The notes below the pieces were generated by a model. The model saw only the letters and a list, made by a program, of their open reading frames with translations, had not been told where the DNA came from and ran no database searches. Below are positions 38,376-48,987 of a stretch of 55,375 nt of DNA, piece by piece. Numbering within the stretch: the stretch's first letter is position 1; the number at the start of each line of letters is the position of its first letter. This stretch comes from Anaerolineales bacterium (lineage in GTDB: Bacteria; Chloroflexota; Anaerolineae; Anaerolineales; UBA4823): contig JAYRNN010000209.1 in the NCBI GenBank assembly GCA_041912175.1, positions 1 through 55,375 of the forward strand, given 5' to 3'. A program made the translations under genes and the position numbers.

Positions 38376-39080
38376 ATGTTTTTTCCGATGTTAAATACAA
38401 GCTACTTGATTTATATGCTGCCCGCTTTCATCTTAATGATGATTGTGCAGTTCTACGTCAGCTCCGCTTATAAGAGATGGAGCCAGGTGCCGGCTCGCAG
38501 CCGCTTGAGTGGCGCCCAGGCGGCCCAACGCTTAATCCAGGCAGGCGCGTTGTACGATGTAAAAATAGAAGGCATTGCGGGTAAGTTGACCGATCATTAC
38601 GATCCTCGCAGTAAAGTACTGCGCCTTTCACAAGGCGTCTACCAAGGCAGTTCAGTCGCATCTTTAGCGATCGCCGCTCACGAGCTTGGCCACGCCATGC
38701 AGGATCATGAGGGCTATTTCCCATTGCGATTCCGAGCCGCGCTGGTCCCAGCCGTCAATATTGGTTCCACTTTAGGCTGGGTTTTCATCTTCCTGGGCTT
38801 GTTCTTGCGCTATACAAACCTGGCCTGGCTAGGAGTAGCGATTTTTTCTTTGGGGGCTCTTTTCTCCCTGGCTACACTGCCGGTGGAATATAATGCCTCT
38901 TCACGTGCTAAACGGCTGCTGGTAGAGACAGGCTTGATCAGTGGAGAAGATGAACAGCGGGGTGTGAATAATGTACTCAATGCTGCTGCCCTCACCTATG
39001 TTGCAGCGTTGGTGACCTCAGTCATGCAGATTTTATATTTTGTATCCCTGGTGGGCGGTTCAGGCGGGCGACGACGTTAA
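38376..39080 (+). CDS. Membrane zinc metallopeptidase (YugP/Zn_peptidase_2 family)
   Basis: HELGHAMQ zinc motif flanked by TM helices, with the N-terminal pattern typical of YugP-like proteins. Confidence 0.85.
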   Translation: MFFPMLNTSYLIYMLPAFILMMIVQFYVSSAYKRWSQVPARSRLSGAQAAQRLIQAGALYDVKIEGIAGKLTDHYDPRSKVLRLSQGVYQGSSVASLAIAAHELGHAMQDHEGYFPLRFRAALVPAVNIGSTLGWVFIFLGLFLRYTNLAWLGVAIFSLGALFSLATLPVEYNASSRAKRLLVETGLISGEDEQRGVNNVLNAAALTYVAALVTSVMQILYFVSLVGGSGGRRR

Positions 39081-39092
39081 TTCGGTAAAAAT

Positions 39093-40256
39093 ATGTCCCA
39101 GAGAAGGATCGTTTTTCTCTTTGCCATCCTACTGACTGCCTGTCTGTCAGCTTTCTTGGGCGCCGTTGCCGGTGGATGGGTCGTAATGCGTATTTCACGT
39201 CAAGACGCGGCGGATGGGTTAGGGAATCGAATCGCTGCCTCGCCGTCTGCACCGATTTCTCCGACGTTGGAACACAACCAAACATTGCAGCTAGATACAA
39301 CGGATATCGAGACCACCATCACGAACGCGGTAGCGCGTGTCGGACCGGCCGTGGTGACCGTTGTGGGATCTATCCCTGGTGAGGTATCTTTCTTTGGACG
39401 TATGTCTGACCAGACGGTAACTGGCAGTGGGGTATTCATTTCAGCCGATGGCTTCGTTGTCACCAACAACCATGTGGTGGAGGGGGTCCAGGCTGTTACG
39501 GTTATCCTGGCGGATGGAAGCTCGCTTTCTGCAGAGATTGTCGGAACGGATCTATATTCTGATCTGGCAGTGTTAAAAGTTCAAGGCAAGGCGCCTGCAG
39601 TTGCTCAATTGGGAAATTCGGATGGATTAAAACCGGGCGAAAGTGTGATCGCGATTGGCTCGCCTCTCGGGGACTTTAAAAATACCGTCACAGTCGGTGT
39701 TGTCAGCGCGACAGGACGCTCGATTGATTCTGGAAAGGGCTATCAAATTGAAGACCTGATCCAAACGGACGCCGCGATTAACAGCGGAAATTCGGGTGGG
39801 CCTTTGGTAGATCTTGCAGGGGAGGTGGTGGGCATCAATACACTGGTGGTGCGCGGGGACGGCTATCGTGGTACAACTGCCGAAGGTCTGGGGTTCTCAA
39901 TCCCTGCCAGCACCGTTCAGGCTGTGGCTGAACAGATCATCCTAAAAGGATTTTTCGCCAGGCCTTATTTGGGCATCCGCTGGCAATCTATCACGCCAAA
40001 TCTGGCGGCGGCTTATAATTTACCTGTTCAATGGGGAGTTTATCTGACCTATATCGATCCCAACGGTCCGGCTGCGCAAGTACATCTCCAGGAAGGAGAC
40101 ATGATTACGAAAGTGGGGGATATTTCATTAGGCGAAGCGAATTCATTTATTAACGCTCTGTTTAAATACCAACCCGGCCAGACGATCCGCCTAGATGCCG
40201 TCCGCAATGGGCAGTCGTTCCAGGTAGAAGTTACTCTAGGCGAAACCCGCTCGTAA
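39093..40256 (+). CDS. HtrA/DegP-family trypsin-like serine protease with PDZ domain
   Basis: Catalytic triad context VVTNNHVVEG (His), DLAVLKV (Asp) and TDAAINSGNSGGPL (Ser). N-terminal membrane anchor and C-terminal PDZ domain. Confidence 0.9.
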   Translation: MSQRRIVFLFAILLTACLSAFLGAVAGGWVVMRISRQDAADGLGNRIAASPSAPISPTLEHNQTLQLDTTDIETTITNAVARVGPAVVTVVGSIPGEVSFFGRMSDQTVTGSGVFISADGFVVTNNHVVEGVQAVTVILADGSSLSAEIVGTDLYSDLAVLKVQGKAPAVAQLGNSDGLKPGESVIAIGSPLGDFKNTVTVGVVSATGRSIDSGKGYQIEDLIQTDAAINSGNSGGPLVDLAGEVVGINTLVVRGDGYRGTTAEGLGFSIPASTVQAVAEQIILKGFFARPYLGIRWQSITPNLAAAYNLPVQWGVYLTYIDPNGPAAQVHLQEGDMITKVGDISLGEANSFINALFKYQPGQTIRLDAVRNGQSFQVEVTLGETRS

Positions 40257-40276
40257 TTAAGAAAATAGTCCCACGG

Positions 40277-41440
40277 CTATAAGCTACAGCGGAGCGCTTC
40301 TACGAGCGCATGTGCGTCGCCGGCATCATTGTATGCTTGGAGCGAGACCCGGATGAGGTTTTGACCATTCCAATGCACCAGGGGGACTTCGACCCTATAA
40401 TCTTCATAAAGGCGTTGTTTGAGCCTATCGAGATCCACTTGCGACGGAAGTCGTGCGCTGAACATCTGGCGGAACCAGCGATAGGATGCGCCGGGCAAAT
40501 CATCCTCAGGGCAGATCGCATCGAGCCCGGTCAGATTGTTGATGCGGCGACGGGTTTCGATAGCCAATCGGTGACAATCCTGGCGTAATTTTTCCCAGTT
40601 ATGGTTGGCCTGGAATTCAATTGCGGCCGGTACAGATAGAAAGGCCGCCAGGTCTCGCGTGCCTTGCCATTCATGATAGCCAATAAACTGGGAATCACCG
40701 GGCTGTTCGCTTTCGTATCCCCAACTGACTACCAGCGGCATTAGCCAGGGTTGTACCTCACGCCTTGCGTATAAAAAGGCCGCGCCTTTGGGCGCCATCA
40801 GCCATTTGTGACAGGCTCCCGTATAAATATCCGCCCCGATAGCCGTCAGGTCCAGGTGGATCTGTCCCGGGGCATGCGCGCCATCCACGATGCTCAAAAT
40901 ACCAGCCTGGCGGGCGCGTTGACAGATAGCCTCCACCGGAAAGATTAAGGCGGTCGGGCTGGTGATATGACTGATGAAGATCACCCGCGTGCGCTCATTT
41001 ACACCGCTCCAAATATCTTCGACCATTGACTCTGGAGAACGAACAGGCAGCGATATGGGCTGTTGCACATATATTGCGCCGGTGTGCTTGCAGGTAAAAC
41101 GCCAGGTGCGATCCATGGCGCCGTATTCGTGGTCGGTGGTCAGTATTTCATCGCCTGGTCGCAAATGCAGGCTGCGCGCAACCATGTTGATGGCGGTGGT
41201 TGGGTTGGGAAAGTAAATCAAATCATCGGCCGATGCGCAAAGGAAAGCAGCCAGCCTCGCGCGGGCGTCCGCCATCAAGTTGGCGGCACGCCGGCCAAGG
41301 AATTCCACCGGTTGGCGTTCGAGCTCGTGCTGCCAGGCCTGGTAGGTCTGGAACACTGGCTGTGGGCAGGCGCCGAAAGAGCCGTGGTTTAGAAAAATAA
41401 TTTCAGGATCCAGTAAGAAAAGGTCTTTGATCGAGTCCAT
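40277..41440 (-). CDS. Class-V aminotransferase-fold PLP enzyme (isopenicillin-N-epimerase / cysteine desulfurase-like)
   Basis: FLNHGSFGACP N-terminus, VDGAHAPG, and the PLP-lysine context YTGACHKWLMAPKG. Confidence 0.8.
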   Translation of the reverse strand: MDSIKDLFLLDPEIIFLNHGSFGACPQPVFQTYQAWQHELERQPVEFLGRRAANLMADARARLAAFLCASADDLIYFPNPTTAINMVARSLHLRPGDEILTTDHEYGAMDRTWRFTCKHTGAIYVQQPISLPVRSPESMVEDIWSGVNERTRVIFISHITSPTALIFPVEAICQRARQAGILSIVDGAHAPGQIHLDLTAIGADIYTGACHKWLMAPKGAAFLYARREVQPWLMPLVVSWGYESEQPGDSQFIGYHEWQGTRDLAAFLSVPAAIEFQANHNWEKLRQDCHRLAIETRRRINNLTGLDAICPEDDLPGASYRWFRQMFSARLPSQVDLDRLKQRLYEDYRVEVPLVHWNGQNLIRVSLQAYNDAGDAHALVEALRCSL

Positions 41441-41447
41441 AGGTTTG

Positions 41448-42272
41448 TCAGGCGCGGATAAAGCCTACCACCAGGGTTATTATCCCCAGGGCGACGCAGT
41501 AGATCGCAAAATCGTATAGAGTATGTTGGACCAGATACCGCAGCAGCCAGCGAATGACTAAATAACCGGTAACAGCCGCGACGATGAAACCTGGAATAAA
41601 GACCAGCAGCGTGCTGCCAAGATTTGGAATTTTTGCCATATCGAAGGAAGCCATCAACCCGGCTGCCAGCATTACAGGAATCGACATTAAGAATGCAAAA
41701 CGGGCTGCTGGCGGTCGATCAAAGTTACGCGTCATCCCGCCAGTGATCGTCGCCCCGGAACGTGAGATACCTGGAAAAATCGCAATGGCCTGGAATAGAC
41801 CGACCCACAATGCATCTTTCCAATCCAGGCTATCCAACGGTCGATTACGTTTGCCTACTTTTTCGGCGACCACCAGCAATCCGGCGGTGACAAATAGGAA
41901 TACGGCAGTTGCGCTCGGGCTATCAAAGGCTTTTTCAACTGCGCTCTTCAAAAGTAACCCTAAAATTCCAGCCGGGATCGTAGCCAGGATCAGCAACCAA
42001 CCCAGGCGCGCTTCAAACGAACCAAATGGCGCCTTCTTAGCCAAGCCGGTTACCATGGCTTTCACAATGCTGACCAGGTCGCGCCAGAAATAAGCAAGCA
42101 CTGCGACAAGCGTGGCCACCTGTACCAGGACATCAAAAACAAAGGCCTGGTCGGCTGGAATTTTCAAATTAAATAGATAAGGGACAATCACGAGGTGGGC
42201 GGAACTGGATACGGGAATGAATTCGGTTAAACCTTGAACGATGCCTAGTAAGATGCTCTGGAAAATGTTCAT
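41448..42272 (-). CDS. uppP: Undecaprenyl-diphosphate phosphatase
   Basis: BacA/UppP motifs GIVQGLTEFIPVSSSAHL and PGISRSGATITGG. Start set at the ATG at 42272 (MNIFQSILLG...), directly after the tgt stop. Confidence 0.9.
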   Translation of the reverse strand: MNIFQSILLGIVQGLTEFIPVSSSAHLVIVPYLFNLKIPADQAFVFDVLVQVATLVAVLAYFWRDLVSIVKAMVTGLAKKAPFGSFEARLGWLLILATIPAGILGLLLKSAVEKAFDSPSATAVFLFVTAGLLVVAEKVGKRNRPLDSLDWKDALWVGLFQAIAIFPGISRSGATITGGMTRNFDRPPAARFAFLMSIPVMLAAGLMASFDMAKIPNLGSTLLVFIPGFIVAAVTGYLVIRWLLRYLVQHTLYDFAIYCVALGIITLVVGFIRA

Positions 42273-42273
42273 A

Positions 42274-43473
<1,200 letters not shown>

Positions 43474-43690
43474 TCAGGATTAGGGATGCCGAACCAATCC
43501 GAAGTTGTCCAATGATATAATTAAGAAACAACCAATATGTGATTGACATCACCAATCGCATAGATAATTCCATAAGGAGGAATTCTATCAAGATGTACCT
43601 TTTAGCTCGCTATTTCGATCTTGATGTACGCATATTTTGGCTCAACCAGGCGCCGCCTGGCATTTAATCAGCACATTTCAAGGAGATCAT

Positions 43691-45025
43691 ATGGCTTACA
43701 TGAATCTACCCGGGCCGAAAGCCCAGGCCATCATCAAGCGTGACCGGGTCGTCATTTCCCCTTCTTATCCTCGCGGCTATCCCTTTGTCATGGATCATGG
43801 ACGGGGCACCGAGGTTTGGGATGTGGATGGGAATCGCTTTTTGGACTTTGCTGCAGGGATCGCGGTCGTTTCTACCGGCCACAGCCATCCAAAAGTGGTT
43901 AAAGCTATCCAAGACCAAGCCGAAAAATTCATTCATATTTCCTCAGATTTCTACCACTCCATCTGGGTTGAGCTCGCCGAAAAGATTAACGAGATCGTGC
44001 CTATTGCAGACGATACCGTTTCTTTTATGACGAATTCTGGGACTGAAAGCGTCGAAGCGGCCATCAAATTGTCCCGTCATTACACCGGCCGGACTCAGTT
44101 TATCGGCTTCTTGGGTGGTTTTCATGGTCGCACCATGGGGTCAGTGACATTCACGGCCAGCAAGCCCATTTATCACCGTGGTTTCTATCCCTTAATGAAC
44201 GGTGTCACGCATATTCCTTATCCTGATCCTTACAGGCCAATTTTACAGATGCAAGCGGGCGAGGATTATGGTGAGGCGGTCATAAGATATCTTGAAGAGC
44301 AGATCCTCGGGCACGTCGTGCCTGCTGAAGAAATTGCCGGTATTTTGGTAGAACCGATCCAGGGAGAAGGCGGTTATGTGGTACCTGCCGCGGGCTTCTT
44401 CCCGGCTTTGAGAAAGTTATGCGACCGATATGGTATTTTGTTGATTGCCGATGAAGTCCAATCGGGCATGGGGCGCACCGGAAAATGGTGGGCCATTGAA
44501 CATTTCGGCGTCGAACCGGATATTATTTGCATTGCGAAAGGGATCGCCTCGGGGCTGCCGCTCGGTGTGATGGCTGCCCGCCAGGAGATCATGGATTGGC
44601 CAAAGAGCGCCCACGGGAATACCTATGGCGGTAACCCACTGGCCTGCGCGGCCGCTTTGGCGACGATCGAATTAATTGAGAATGGATATATGCAGAATGC
44701 TAAAGAAGTCGGCGACTATGCCCAGAGCATTCTCTTGCAAATGGCGTCTCGGCACCCTACCATTGGTGAAGTACGTGGACGAGGGTTAATGATTGGCGTG
44801 GAGTTTGTCAAAGATCCGCAGACGCGCGGACCCCATGAAAAGCTGCGCGATCAGCTTGTGGACGAAGCCTTCCAGCGCGGTTTACTGCTACTCGGTTGCG
44901 GTAAAAGCACCATCCGGATCGCGCCGCCGTTGAACGTCACTCGCGGCGAGGTGGATGAAGCCATGCAAATTTTCGAAGAATGCCTGGCTATTTGCGAGAG
45001 AGAGGAAGTCCTGGTTGCTGCCTGA
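43691..45025 (+). CDS. Class-III PLP aminotransferase (4-aminobutyrate/acetylornithine aminotransferase family)
   Basis: SGTESVEAAIKLSR, ILVEPIQGEGG, LIADEVQSGMGRTG and the PLP-lysine context ICIAKGIASG. Start at the ATG at 43691, after AGGAG. Confidence 0.9.
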   Translation: MAYMNLPGPKAQAIIKRDRVVISPSYPRGYPFVMDHGRGTEVWDVDGNRFLDFAAGIAVVSTGHSHPKVVKAIQDQAEKFIHISSDFYHSIWVELAEKINEIVPIADDTVSFMTNSGTESVEAAIKLSRHYTGRTQFIGFLGGFHGRTMGSVTFTASKPIYHRGFYPLMNGVTHIPYPDPYRPILQMQAGEDYGEAVIRYLEEQILGHVVPAEEIAGILVEPIQGEGGYVVPAAGFFPALRKLCDRYGILLIADEVQSGMGRTGKWWAIEHFGVEPDIICIAKGIASGLPLGVMAARQEIMDWPKSAHGNTYGGNPLACAAALATIELIENGYMQNAKEVGDYAQSILLQMASRHPTIGEVRGRGLMIGVEFVKDPQTRGPHEKLRDQLVDEAFQRGLLLLGCGKSTIRIAPPLNVTRGEVDEAMQIFEECLAICEREEVLVAA

Positions 45026-46583
45026 TTTTCGCGTCCGCCAGCGCGATTATTTGCTTGAGATCAGTCGCTCCATCACCCAGGAACTAGAAATGGATGCGGT
45101 TCTGGCGCGCATCCTGGAAATCTCAATGGAAATGCTGGCAGGCCAGGCCGGTTTGATCGCACTGCGAGAAATGCAGGGGGGATGGAGCGTACCCGTCTCA
45201 CGAGGCATCTCCCCTGTATTTCTTAATCAATTGGAAAAATTGTTAGCCAACGTACCGGAGAACGAAGATACCGGGCGTTATGAATTGGTTGAGATTAACC
45301 GTTTGTTGCAAGCTATCATTCGCACCGCCAGCCTTGGCTTGTTAACCGGTGTTGCGCTGCCTCTGTTGGTCTCAGAGCAGGTGGTTGGGGTGCTCTTCAT
45401 TTTTCGAAATTACCAGGGGTCATTTTCCACCAATGACAAGGCCTTATTGCAGAGTTTTGCAGACCAGGCTGCCATCGCTGTCCACAACGCCCAGCTTTAC
45501 ACGCAGGTGAACCAGGAAAAACAGCGTTCGGACGCGTTGCTGGACTCGACTGCCGACGGGATTCTGATCCTGACGGTAGACCACATGATCGAGAGGGCCA
45601 ACCCGGCCTTATCACGCATGTTGGGCATATCCATCGAGCAATTTCGCGGTAAAAGCCAGAATGAGATCATCCGCTGGGTGAATGTCAAGGATGGATTAAC
45701 TCTGGAGCACGCTGAGGCGGGCGGCTGGCCGCTTACGCCGCATGCGACTTTATATGTCGAGGGAGATCTAAAACGGGATAATGGCGTGCCATTGCCGGTC
45801 GGCATTACCTATGCCCCATTGATGTCCTCAGAAGGTAATTTACTGAATATTATTGCCTCCATACGTGACATCACCCGCTTTCGGGAGGCAGATGAGCTGA
45901 AGGGCACTTTCATCTCGGTGATCACTCACGAATTGAAAACGCCAGTTGCTTTGATTAAAGGTTACGTGAGCACACTTCGTCGCGAAGACGCCTCGTGGGA
46001 CCGAGCGATTGTGGATGATAGCCTGCAGGTGATCGAGGAAGAGGCCGACCGTTTAACTGAATTGATCGACAATATGCTAGATGCCTCACGCCTGCAGATG
46101 GGCGCCCTATCCTTGAATATTTGTGACGTCAACCTGGACACGCTGGCCAGAACGATCGCACAACGCTTTCAGACGCAAACCTCTATCCATACAATCGAAG
46201 TCGATTTTCCAACGGATTTCCCAGTCATCCTCGCCGATGATCATCGCTTGACTCAGGTGCTTTCGAACCTGGTCGCCAATGCAATCAAGTATTCGCCAAA
46301 GGGTGGGACAATCCAGATCAGAGGCGCCGGCCATCGTACGCAGGGTGTGATTTGTGTCAGCGATCAAGGCCCCGGGATCGCCTCCGGCGACCTTCCGCAT
46401 GTATTCGATCGTTTTTATCGGGCTACAGAGGCCTCCCGTACCACCAAAGGCGCCGGTCTGGGCTTATATCTCGCCCGTGCGATCATTGAAGCGCAAGGGG
46501 GTCGCATTTGGGTGGATCCTTCGCCCAATAGTGGGGCGCGCATCTGTTTTTCATTGCCGCGCGACGAAAAAGATCAACGATAA
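45015..46583 (+). CDS. Cytoplasmic GAF-PAS sensor histidine kinase (no partner response regulator in window)
   Basis: H-box FISVITHELKTPV, N-box LSNLVANAIKYSP, G1 VSDQGPGI, G2 GAGLGLYLA. N-terminal GAF-like and PAS-like regions; no TM helices. The start is uncertain: TTG at 45015, preceded by AGAGGAAG and overlapping the aminotransferase stop, or ATG at 44955. Confidence 0.85.
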   Translation: MLPDFRVRQRDYLLEISRSITQELEMDAVLARILEISMEMLAGQAGLIALREMQGGWSVPVSRGISPVFLNQLEKLLANVPENEDTGRYELVEINRLLQAIIRTASLGLLTGVALPLLVSEQVVGVLFIFRNYQGSFSTNDKALLQSFADQAAIAVHNAQLYTQVNQEKQRSDALLDSTADGILILTVDHMIERANPALSRMLGISIEQFRGKSQNEIIRWVNVKDGLTLEHAEAGGWPLTPHATLYVEGDLKRDNGVPLPVGITYAPLMSSEGNLLNIIASIRDITRFREADELKGTFISVITHELKTPVALIKGYVSTLRREDASWDRAIVDDSLQVIEEEADRLTELIDNMLDASRLQMGALSLNICDVNLDTLARTIAQRFQTQTSIHTIEVDFPTDFPVILADDHRLTQVLSNLVANAIKYSPKGGTIQIRGAGHRTQGVICVSDQGPGIASGDLPHVFDRFYRATEASRTTKGAGLGLYLARAIIEAQGGRIWVDPSPNSGARICFSLPRDEKDQR

Positions 46584-46654
46584 CGATTGGGGGCTGAAGT
46601 ATAATACCTGGATTGTGTCTTTGTAATTAATTTACCCTTCAACCGGAGTTTGTT

Positions 46655-48016
46655 ATGCCCAAAATGTTGATTAATTGTCCAAACTGCCGTAAACCGATCA
46701 CTGCGGAGATTGAGCAACTGTTTGATGTAAACGTCGATCCTGCAGCCAAGCAGCGTTTGCTCTCGGGAGCCGCGAACCAAATCCAATGTCCGGTATGCGG
46801 TTATCGAGGAATTTATCCCTCAATCCTGGTCTACCATGATCCAGAAAAAGAACTGTTATATACTTTTGCCCCGCCAGAGCTTGGCTTGCCGCGCAACGAG
46901 CAAGAACGGATTATTGGGGGATTGATCAACCAGGTGATTAACAATTTACCTGTGGAAAAACGTAAAGGCTATTTGCTTAACCCGCAGGCTGCCTTTACCC
47001 TGCAAGGCATGTTTGAACGGATTCTGGAAGCGGATGGAATCACGCGAGAAATGATCCAGGCGCAACAGCAGCGCTTAAATTTAATCCAGCGTCTCTTGAA
47101 TGCATCTAGCAGCGATGTCCGGGGCGAGCTGGCAAAGCAAGATGATGCCCTGGTCGATGCCTCATTTTTTGCGATGCTACGCCGTCTGAGTGAGTCGGCA
47201 ATGTTGAGCGGCGACCAGGCTGCCGCCGAGGAACTCGAACAACTACAAAAAGATATCCTTCCGTATACCACCTTTGGTCGCGAGCTGCAATCCCAGGCTC
47301 AGGATGTTGAAGCAGCCGTGAAGGACCTCCAGGCCGCCGGCAGAGAGCTCACGCGTGAAAAGCTGCTTGATCTGGTAGTCCAGGGACCCAATGAGAATTA
47401 TCAGAGAGCCATGGTGAGCCTGGCGCGCCCTGGAATGGATTACCAATTCTTCCAACTGCTCAGCGAGCGCATCGATACGGCCAAGGGCGATGGCCGGGAG
47501 GGCCTGGTTGAACTGCGAGGGAAGCTGCTCGATTGGACGCGCGAAATTGACACCCAGGTCGAGGCGCACACCCAGGAGGTTCGCAAACTATTCGATGCGA
47601 TTTTGCAAGCCGAAGATATTCACGAAGCGACCGCTCAAAGCCTCCCTTACGTTGATGAATACTTCGTTGAAGAATTAAATCGCGAGATGCAAGAAGCGCG
47701 CTCCAAAGCCGATTTAGAGAAATTGGGCAAGCTACAGCAGATGGTCGAGGTGCTGCAACAGGCCAGCCAGCCAAATTCGGAGATGACTTTAATCGAAGAA
47801 CTGCTGGACGTGCCAGACGATGCCAGCCAGAAAGAAACCTGGCGCGGCATTTTGGCCGAACACGCTGAAGAGATCACGCCTGACTTCTTGAGCGCCTTAG
47901 GGAATATCGCCGCCCAGGTTCAGGAAGGCGATGACCCGCAATTAGCTGCGCGCCTGAAAGAACTTAACCGCGCGACGCTGCGGTTTTCAATGGAAAAGAA
48001 TTTGAAAGAGGCTTGA
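46655..48016 (+). CDS. CpXC zinc-ribbon domain protein with long acidic helical C-terminal region
   Basis: N-terminal CPNC...(37 aa)...CPVC arrangement typical of CpXC domains. The remaining roughly 330 aa are helical and acidic with no recognised motif. GGAG lies 6 nt upstream of the ATG. Confidence 0.6.
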   Translation: MPKMLINCPNCRKPITAEIEQLFDVNVDPAAKQRLLSGAANQIQCPVCGYRGIYPSILVYHDPEKELLYTFAPPELGLPRNEQERIIGGLINQVINNLPVEKRKGYLLNPQAAFTLQGMFERILEADGITREMIQAQQQRLNLIQRLLNASSSDVRGELAKQDDALVDASFFAMLRRLSESAMLSGDQAAAEELEQLQKDILPYTTFGRELQSQAQDVEAAVKDLQAAGRELTREKLLDLVVQGPNENYQRAMVSLARPGMDYQFFQLLSERIDTAKGDGREGLVELRGKLLDWTREIDTQVEAHTQEVRKLFDAILQAEDIHEATAQSLPYVDEYFVEELNREMQEARSKADLEKLGKLQQMVEVLQQASQPNSEMTLIEELLDVPDDASQKETWRGILAEHAEEITPDFLSALGNIAAQVQEGDDPQLAARLKELNRATLRFSMEKNLKEA

Positions 48017-48038
48017 AATTAGATTTGGGCGAGGTTGG

Positions 48039-48815
48039 TTAATCTTTGACCGAAGGATTATCCAGCCTCAGCCCGTGACCGCGCACGGTGATAATAAATG
48101 TATGTCCAGGATCGATGCTGGCCAGTCGATCTCGCAGGCGTCGGATTAAGGCGTCTAACGCTTGCTCAGATACCCCGATTGCTTCTTCTGCTCCCCACAC
48201 CCCGGCAACTAAATCTTGGCGTGAAACGACCTTTCCTTGTTGGTCGTAGAGCATTTCCAGCATCCGAAATTGTGAGGCGGATAAGGGCGGATCAATTTCC
48301 ACTTCATGGAGTTTTGATTTATGCTTGGAGGCTGACACTCCTGCGAAACGGATCCAGACCCGGTGGCTGCGCTTATCCAAACGCAGACGCTGCAGGGACT
48401 CAAGTGTATCTGGTTCCCCAAAACCAGGCCTGGCGCGCGGGGCTTTACCATTTGCAGCCTCTGCCTGCAAGTTGATAAAATCTGGCCCAAGCGGTAGGGT
48501 AGCGTCGGAGCTCAAGAACACGAATTTTTGCGCCAGGGCGATCTGCACCAAGTCGCCATCCTGCAGGATGAAGGTTTCAGATACTTGTTTCCCATTTAGG
48601 TGGGTGCCATTTTTGCTGTTGAGATCCTCAACGATCACTCCTTTAGGAGTATTCATGAAGCGCGCGTGACGGCGTGAAACTTGCCTGTCCGGGATTACAA
48701 TATCGCACAACTCATCTCGCCCGACCAGGATTGTATCTCGCAGCGCCCAGCGTTGGCCGTTGAGTGGGCCGCTCTGGGCAACCAACAGTGCAACCTCGTC
48801 AGTAGTCTTCTCCAT
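48039..48815 (-). CDS. FHA domain / OmpR-PhoB-type winged-helix DNA-binding fusion protein (no receiver domain)
   Basis: N-terminal FHA signature GRDELCDIVIPDRQVSRRHARF...SKNGTHLNG. C-terminal Trans_reg_C signature LSASQFRMLEMLYDQQGKVVSRQDLVAGVWG...ALDALIRRLRDRL...IITVRGHGLRL. Start at the ATG at 48815, after GGAG; GTG at 48830 is an alternative. Confidence 0.8.
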   Translation of the reverse strand: MEKTTDEVALLVAQSGPLNGQRWALRDTILVGRDELCDIVIPDRQVSRRHARFMNTPKGVIVEDLNSKNGTHLNGKQVSETFILQDGDLVQIALAQKFVFLSSDATLPLGPDFINLQAEAANGKAPRARPGFGEPDTLESLQRLRLDKRSHRVWIRFAGVSASKHKSKLHEVEIDPPLSASQFRMLEMLYDQQGKVVSRQDLVAGVWGAEEAIGVSEQALDALIRRLRDRLASIDPGHTFIITVRGHGLRLDNPSVKD

Positions 48816-48921
48816 GATGACCGTCTCCACGGGTATAATATCATATAACGCCGAAATTCAATTGTCCTATGTTTAGATTCGTTCCTTCTTTAATCTGAGC
48901 GCAGGACAGACAAAAATTAGC

Positions 48922-48959
48922 TTGTAAATTGCAAAGTTTGCAAAATGCCAAATTGCAAA
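48922..48959. promoter_or_regulatory. Cluster of TTGCAA half-palindromes / AAATTGCAAA direct repeats in the divergent kinase-regulator intergenic region
   Basis: TTGCAA occurs at 48929, 48938 and 48953, with a near-copy TTGTAA at 48922. The 10-mer AAATTGCAAA occurs twice (48926-48935 and 48950-48959), 24 nt apart. Confidence 0.35.
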
Positions 48960-48987
48960 CCCGCACGGAAGGCTTTGATAGGAAACG

